64,000 nucleotides of DNA from Eledone cirrhosa (taxonomy: Eukaryota): positions 33,108,001 through 33,172,000 of the forward strand of contig OZ024741.1 in the NCBI GenBank assembly GCA_964016885.1, read 5' to 3'. The notes under the pieces were generated by a model. That model had not been told where the DNA came from. It saw only the letters and a program-made list of their open reading frames with translations, and searched no databases. Positions 57,228 through 64,000 of the stretch are shown piece after piece (position 1 is the stretch's first letter; every line of letters starts with the position of its first letter). Position numbers and translations under genes: made by a program.

Positions 57228-57270
<43 letters not shown>

Positions 57271-57558
57271 ACAGATTAAATAAAGATGGCGTAAATATAC
57301 AATACAACAGGAGGAACATAATAGCACCACTGGCGATGTTGCAGATGTGCAACGAAAGAACTTTGTTAGACTATATATATGTATTTATATCTATATTATA
57401 TCTGTATTTTTGACCGTTGGTCAGTCAATGGTAAACATTGAGGACCGAATGAATTAACTGATATAAAAGATACAGAAGTGAAAACCAACCAAACTGTGAG
57501 TGTGTTCTGTTATAATTCTGGCAATATTATTACAACAATATGACCCTCCCCAAGTATC

Positions 57559-57618
<60 letters not shown>

Positions 57619-57923
57619 TGTTCTGTTTTGTGCAAACTATTCACCAATCAGTTCCTGTCGATTGCGCCCATATTTGAATTGATATATTAAGGTATTGAAG
57701 TATTGAGGTATTGAGGTATATATTGAGATGTGCCGAATTACAGATCAATCAAATAAGATCTAAAGTTTGCACACTCTCACATCTTTTTATTTACGACGAT
57801 TGTTTGGATCTGGTTTATAGTATATTGTCTTTTCTGTTCACTTTACTGAATCCAATATGGAAACCACACGACAGGAGGAAATAAAATGAAAATAAGTAGG
57901 CGGGACACGTTCTAAATAAACAA

Positions 57924-59480
57924 TTATATTGGTGATAGAGAAATATTTATGCATGAAATTAATAACAAGAAATGACTCTTTGTAAATCTCTTGACATACA
58001 TGCTGTAAACTTCAGTTGTTTTTTTAACAGATCTATCTTGATCACATAATTGGCCATAGCCATCCAACGAGACAGGTGGGGAAATTCTGGGTCCAAGAAG
58101 AAGAACTGGAGAGATGGCCAACCACCAAGATAGTGAAGGGAGAGCTTTATGAACTCGGCATAGTCGTCTCGGGGATGATCTCCAGAAAGCGGTATAGTCA
58201 GTAGATATTTAACCATCTCTTCCCGCTTTTGCTTGTAAAAATCTTCCATGGGCCCATCATCATCATCATCCAGGATAGTTTGATAATAAGACTTATCGAT
58301 GAAGTCCCAATGTTCCTGGAACTTTTTTAACATTGGGATACTGACACCAGATGATTAGGAAAAGATCTCAAAGACTTTCTTCAAAACCAGTTCAAGAATG
58401 TGATGGCAGCAAGCCAGCCACAAGAGATATTTTTACAGAACTACTTCAATTTTCGTATTGACTTCTTGGTGCCAGTATTTCGAGCAGTGATGTAGAACGA
58501 CATACCAATTATTTTATCCTAAATTTTGGGTCGTTGAATTTCCTTCAAAATAACTTCAGTGCCTTGTCCGGTTCCACCTCTCGCAATAGTTACACATAAG
58601 AGCCCCTCCGTAGCGAAATCTGGAATCTGATCTTCGAGTGTGCTAGATCGGGAAGCCGATAATAATCAGTCACCATCCCAGTGAAGAGCTAGCCAGGATT
58701 TATTTTGAGGTGGGAAAGCGGATAACTCGATTTGCTGAGCCATCATCTCACAGTGAATGGTTCTCGTTCGATAAACAGTTGAGGGGGAAATCGAAAGTTC
58801 AGACAGATCATGACCAAGACTCTCTGCTATTATGATGTAAGAAGTACTTCCTCATAGTTTCTCCCATTTCAACGTGGCAACAAGAGTGTCGTAAAGAGTC
58901 GGCTTTATTTGCAGTGGTTCTGGGGGCGGTGCTGACTTGAAGAGTTCATCATCATCATCACTACCAGATGAGCTAGATGACGAACCTTCAAGAGATACTT
59001 TCTCGGATATCCTCTTGACTCCTTCATCCTGCTTTTTCTTTCTCATTTTCATATCGTGAATCGTGTTTTCCTTCTTCTAAATGGCTCTTACATGTTCAGC
59101 ATTACCACCAGCCAGGAATGAAGATTCGATCTTTCTTCTGTATCTCAAAGAAAGATTTATCTTCAGATGGGACATCCTTTCATTCGCGAAAGTCCTTGCT
59201 TGCAATGTCAGAACTTTCCTCGAGATCACCTTTTCAAATTTCACCTTACAATTGCTCTCTCAGAGATCTTTAATTTTTTTTCTCAGCCCTTGATAATCTT
59301 TATACAATATTAGGATTGAAGTGCAGATGTTTTCTTCCGTTTTTGGTATCTTCTGGCTAGTGTCATTTATGGCAACTGAATTTCTCTCCCCGAGTTCGAC
59401 AATAGCACTTGTTGTTTGGAGGCGAGTTGAGTCTGAGGTAACTCACATACGGGCTTTTTCTTAAGCTGCCAAATGGTCTT
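57924..59480 (-). pseudogene. Degenerate cut-and-paste DDE transposase, probably hAT group (hATm-like)
   Basis: Minus-strand LALHWDG, GMSFYITARNTG, LLWLACCHHILEL (CxxH), PRDDYAEF, HLSRWMAMANY..KI.L. Family assignment is from recalled motifs only. Confidence 0.65.
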
Positions 59481-59549
59481 TCTGGTTTAGCTGTGAAAAA
59501 TGTAAAGATGTAAAACAAAATCAATTAATCAGTTTTATTTTAACTGTGA

Positions 59550-59690
59550 AGGCGCATGGCTTAGTGGTTAGAGTTTTGGGCTTGCAATCGAAAGGTTGTG
59601 TGTTCAATTCTCGGATCGGGTCGTGTGTTGTTTCCTTGAGCAAGACACTTTATTTCACGTTGCTCCAGTTTACTCAGCTGTAGAAATGAG
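59550..59690 (+). mobile_element. SINE family B (CORE-like)
   Basis: GGCGCATGGCTTAGTGGTTAGAG, GTTCAATTC, CCTTGAGCAAGACACTTTATTTCACGTTGCTCCAG. Confidence 0.8.
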
Positions 59691-60064
59691 ATGATGAGAC
59701 TGGGGTCCCTATCATTAAATTACCCAAGACACATCCAACGAGATATACCTTGGAGGAGGCCAGCTAAACCTGCATAGGTGTGATATGTCACAACAACAAC
59801 AATTTAACGAACCTTTGTGTTCTTACATTACTGGAACCCATTCAGGTAATGTAAAGCAAAAATTATTTCATAATTTATAAAAACGGATGGAACTTGACGA
59901 AAACCAGTGTGTTTACTACTCAACAACAAAACCAACACTGAACCTTGCAATGTACCTTGCATTAGGACCTTAGTGTTACCTCATTATCTTGTTGAATTAT
60001 CAAAACAATTATCGAAAAGCTCAACTCATCAACGTGATACCAAATACTTCTTTGTACAAACAAT

Positions 60065-60280
60065 GGTTTCTTATATAGGCAAAAGGCCAACAATTTTGGG
60101 GCAGGGGACAGTCGATTAAATCGACTCCAGTACGTGACTGGTACTTTATTTTATCGACCCCGTAAGGATGCAAGGCAAAGTTAACCTCGGCGGGATTTGA
60201 AGTCAGATCATAAAGGGCCGTAACTATATACTGCAAAATATGTTATCCGACGCTCTACCGATACTGCCAATCCGCTGCCC
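60065..60280 (-). mobile_element. SINE family A
   Basis: Head on the reverse complement GGGCAGCGGATTGGCAGTATCGGTAGAGCG plus Deu/Nin-like body. Confidence 0.85.
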
Positions 60281-60599
60281 TCTGTACAAACAATAAAAAC
60301 AAATCACTGATGTAAAATTATTTCTACATACTTAGTTTAAATTTATGGTTCATTTCTTCTTTATTTAAGATCCTATAAGTGGTAGTACACAGACAAAAAT
60401 GGACAGAAAATTCAATCTGGTTACAACCAAGAAGAGTTGAAGTAAATTCTTTTCATCTTTAGGAGGTGGATAGCATTAAAAAAGCAGCAAATTGTGCAAC
60501 CTCTAAATATATTCATACCTTGTATGTAAAATAAATTCAGAACGCAATCGACCTAAAATGATTTCAACTAAAACATTTTCCCTATAAATATGAAACACC

Positions 60600-60666
<67 letters not shown>

Positions 60667-60682
60667 AATACAATATAATTAC

Positions 60683-60748
60683 CTCATTACCAGAGGTTTC
60701 CCGAATAAGACGAATACAAGAAACGTCCGTATTCGTTCGTCAGACAAG
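60683..60748 (-). ncRNA. Type I hammerhead ribozyme next to (TA)n
   Basis: Reverse complement: CTTGT-CTGACGA-ACGAATAC..GTATTCGT-CTTATTCGG-GAAA-CCTCTGG-TA-ATGAG (stem I with two G-U pairs; GUA site). Confidence 0.7.
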
Positions 60749-61279
60749 TCAATTTAAAACATAGTGAAATATTTGAAAAATCTCCTCAAGAAAGGCAAAA
60801 GTTTAACGGGCAAAAAAAATATATAAATAAAAGGAATAATACAAGAGATATATAAAAATAAAAATAAAAATATATAGTAAGGAGATGTGTATAAATGTGT
60901 GTATATGCACCTACAAATGTACATATGTGTGTATGTACAAATGCATGTGTATAGTGAAAAAATGTGTGCGTAAGTACATACATGAGGGCAAGCATATCAT
61001 TGTATGTGTGACCACAAATATGTATATAATATATGTTGAAAAAGGAATTGTAAGATAATAGAGTTAGCGTACATACAGACTCAGGGACTAACAATTGAAG
61101 TATATACACATACAAGGATGAAAGGACGCGCGCGTATAAACATACACACACGCGCAACTACATACATGTATGTGATATATACAGGGAAGGGAGTGTATCA
61201 GTCAAAGCGGTGTCAGACTGAAAGTCGATACAAATGTAAAAATATAAAATATGAAAAATTAATGAAATAATATCTAAAA

Positions 61280-62147
61280 TCTAACCCAGAGAACCCATTC
61301 GATGTCTCTATGGGTTCTCTTGACAGTGCTGACGTGTGTGATTTAGTCGGACTATTCCTCCTACACACACTTAAAGAGAAATTCCCTAACCATACCTTTG
61401 GGCTTTATCATGACGATGCTCTAATACTTTCCGATACCACTATAGGCCATAACTTAGATAGATTCAGGAAAGACTTAATAATAACCTTCGCTAGTTTTAA
61501 TCTTAAAATTACTATTGACACTAACCTTTCTAATGTTAATTTTCTAGATATAAACCTACTGTTCTTATAAACCGTTCCATAAACCAAATGAAAATTTAAA
61601 ATATATAAATAAAGGCTCTTGCCATCCTCCTATAGTTTTTAAAAACCTTATCCCTAATATTAGCCGTAGGATCTCCACCCTCTCTTCCTCAGAAGCTATT
61701 TTCAATAAGGCTATAATAAAGCCCTTCAATAATAAAGCCCTTCAAAATAGCGGATTTAGCGAACCGAGTAAGTACATACCCAACAATACTAACTCCTTTA
61801 AACATAATAATAGGAAAAGAAAAATAATCTTTAGCAGTTAAAACTAATGTAGGCAAAACATTCCTAGAGCTCTTAGATAAACATTTCCCTAGAACACATA
61901 GATACTATAAGATCTTCAATTGAAACTGTGTCAAAATCAGCTACTCCTGCGGTCCCTCTATTAAATTCTATATCCTCAATAAGAAAATACCCAGAGAACA
62001 TCAAAATTGCTCCTGTAGAGTCAAAAGTGAATGCCCATTACAAGGTAAATGCAACACTAAAGCCATTGTATATGAGGCTAAAGTGACTCACGTCCAGAAA
62101 TAGCCGTCGAAACGGCTTGAACTCTGCCGTCGGGATCATACTTTTTC

Positions 62148-62152
<5 letters not shown>
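61280..62152 (+). mobile_element. PLE fragment (second clade): RT end, linker, start of GIY-YIG, fused to a hammerhead 3' half
   Basis: [77 protein letters not shown]; then TAGCCGTC-GAAACGGC..GCCGTC. Confidence 0.85.
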
Positions 62153-62213
<61 letters not shown>

Positions 62214-63439
62214 GTAAAACCTGGCTTAATACGAAGAGGGAATTTTGAGAGAAAGCTTCGGGAAAGTTTTTAATTGGTTTCAAAACACTGAAAATTCGTG
62301 TCTTTCTTTATGGCGTTTATTCTTCTCCAACATGATTAAGTTATGACAAGTGATAATTTAGTAGTATTGCTGTCAGATTATGTGACTAACCTGTAAACAT
62401 CAAGAAGCTAAACGTTATAAATCAGTGTTTCCTAAATTGGGGGTTTATATTCTAAGTTCAGAATTTCAAGTATCTTGTTATGAATATAAAATACACACGC
62501 TATTGGGTAATTCTTCTCTAAGTATAATCATTAATCTCTTATTTCAGCCCTAGAACAATTTGAGAGATGGATTCAAGGAGGAAATCATTTATGTTAATAG
62601 AGCTCTTGATAGTAGAATGTTAAGAAATCTCTGTTCTAAATGATTTAAACGCAATAATTATACTTTTGCTTGTTCTCCAAATCAACCGAAGCGCCAAATA
62701 ATGAAAGTAGTCAAAACGGACCATTGTATCTCGAATTAAAATGCATGAGTTGATGAACGTTGCAGCTGTAAATTAAATGGGGATAAATGCAATAGTTTGT
62801 AGTTTATTAAGCATGTAAAAAGCGTTAACTATCGATGTAAACTTTGTAAGAGAGAGGCAATGTCTGCCAGGTAGTACATACAAAAATTAAGGTCCGATAT
62901 TGAAGCAATTTTTCGGGTTATGAGGCGCATATAAATATAAGACAGGCAATTATTTTGAAAAAAATTTAGTTTGGCAAACAAAGCTATAGTGTTTATGATC
63001 TTTATTAGGTGTATAGAACGTAATCATATTTTGACATCAAGATTTGGGGTTTTAAAAAAGTGCGTTTTATACACCGAAAAATATAATGTCATACTTGACA
63101 GATTTTACAGTCATTCTATGATGGCAATTTGTAAGCATTTTAAGTGCGACATTTTACTTTTGCCAGCTCAGATAAGTATCTCTGCTTATAAAAGGTCTGG
63201 GCACCATACTCACAAATCATGTGGAAAGGAGAAAAAATATTCAGAATAAATATGTTCATAAGTCAAAGATCATGGTTAGGGTTATTTTTATTTTTATTTT
63301 TAATTCTGTTTCTTATGCAGAATAGTAAATTTCTAATAAAATACTAAATGTTGTTCCTGGTTTCTTTCCTTTTAAATGGCCATTGCACATTTTGATCGTT
63401 TCACATAGGGCTTTATGGTGCTTTCATTTATGTGTATAT

Positions 63440-63875
63440 GTGTTTTGGTAAGTCTGTGTGTCTGTTTGAGTGTGTATACGTGTGTGTACATATATGTGTT
63501 TATTGGTGAGTCTATGTGTCTGTGTGAGTATGTAATTGTATGCGTGTGCGTACCTATATATGTGTAATTGTGAGTCTATGTGACTGTGTGAGTATGTAAT
63601 TGTATACGTGTGTGTACCTATATGTGTGTATTTGTGAGTCTATGTGACTGTGTGAGTATGTATTTGTATACGTGTGTGTACCTATATATGTGTAATTGTG
63701 AGTCAATCTGTCTGTGTGAGTATGTAATTGTATACGTGTGTACCTATATGTGTGTAATTGTGAGTCAATGTTTTCTGTGTGAGTATGTAATTGTATACGG
63801 GTGTGTACCAATATATGTGTATTTGTGAGTCTATGTGACTGTGTGAGTATGTAATTGTATGCGTGCGTATATGTG
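63440..63875. repeat. ~64-bp TG-rich tandem repeat, 6-7 copies
   Basis: TGAGTC recurs at 63571, 63635, 63699 and 63761. Confidence 0.88.
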
Positions 63876-64000
63876 TGTATTCATTGGCGTAAACAGGGTG
63901 TTACAAGGAAAAACATAAATTTAAATATTCAACATATACAGATCAATAAAAGGAGCACCAGACTGAGATAAGTACTGGCTAAAATACCTTGAAGGCAATG

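Overview
AT-rich metazoan intergenic DNA; the SINE families and very high (TA)n/(TG)n density suggest a cephalopod, probably Octopus (inference). No host gene is recognisable. The window consists of decayed mobile elements: two Tx1/L1-type LINEs, CR1-type, RTE and R4-like LINE remnants, a near-complete Penelope-like element (PLE; RT plus GIY-YIG) and several PLE fragments of a second clade, two fused Helitron Rep-helicase remnants, mariner and hAT-like transposase remnants, two tRNA-derived SINE families and tandem arrays (67, ~52 and ~64 bp units). The signal these labels miss is a dense set of non-coding foldback inserts, almost all inside (TA)n microsatellites. They carry type I hammerhead ribozyme (HHR) motifs: about 20 complete or partial motifs from roughly 11 sequence families, read by eye. 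Several inversions are centred inside the ribozyme, several families have a non-canonical pair at the base of stem II, and one 537-bp HHR monomer is arranged like a retrozyme. Some motifs are physically attached to PLE coding remnants, which points to PLE machinery as the mobiliser. All RNA structures were derived by manual base-pairing, with no computation or assay.
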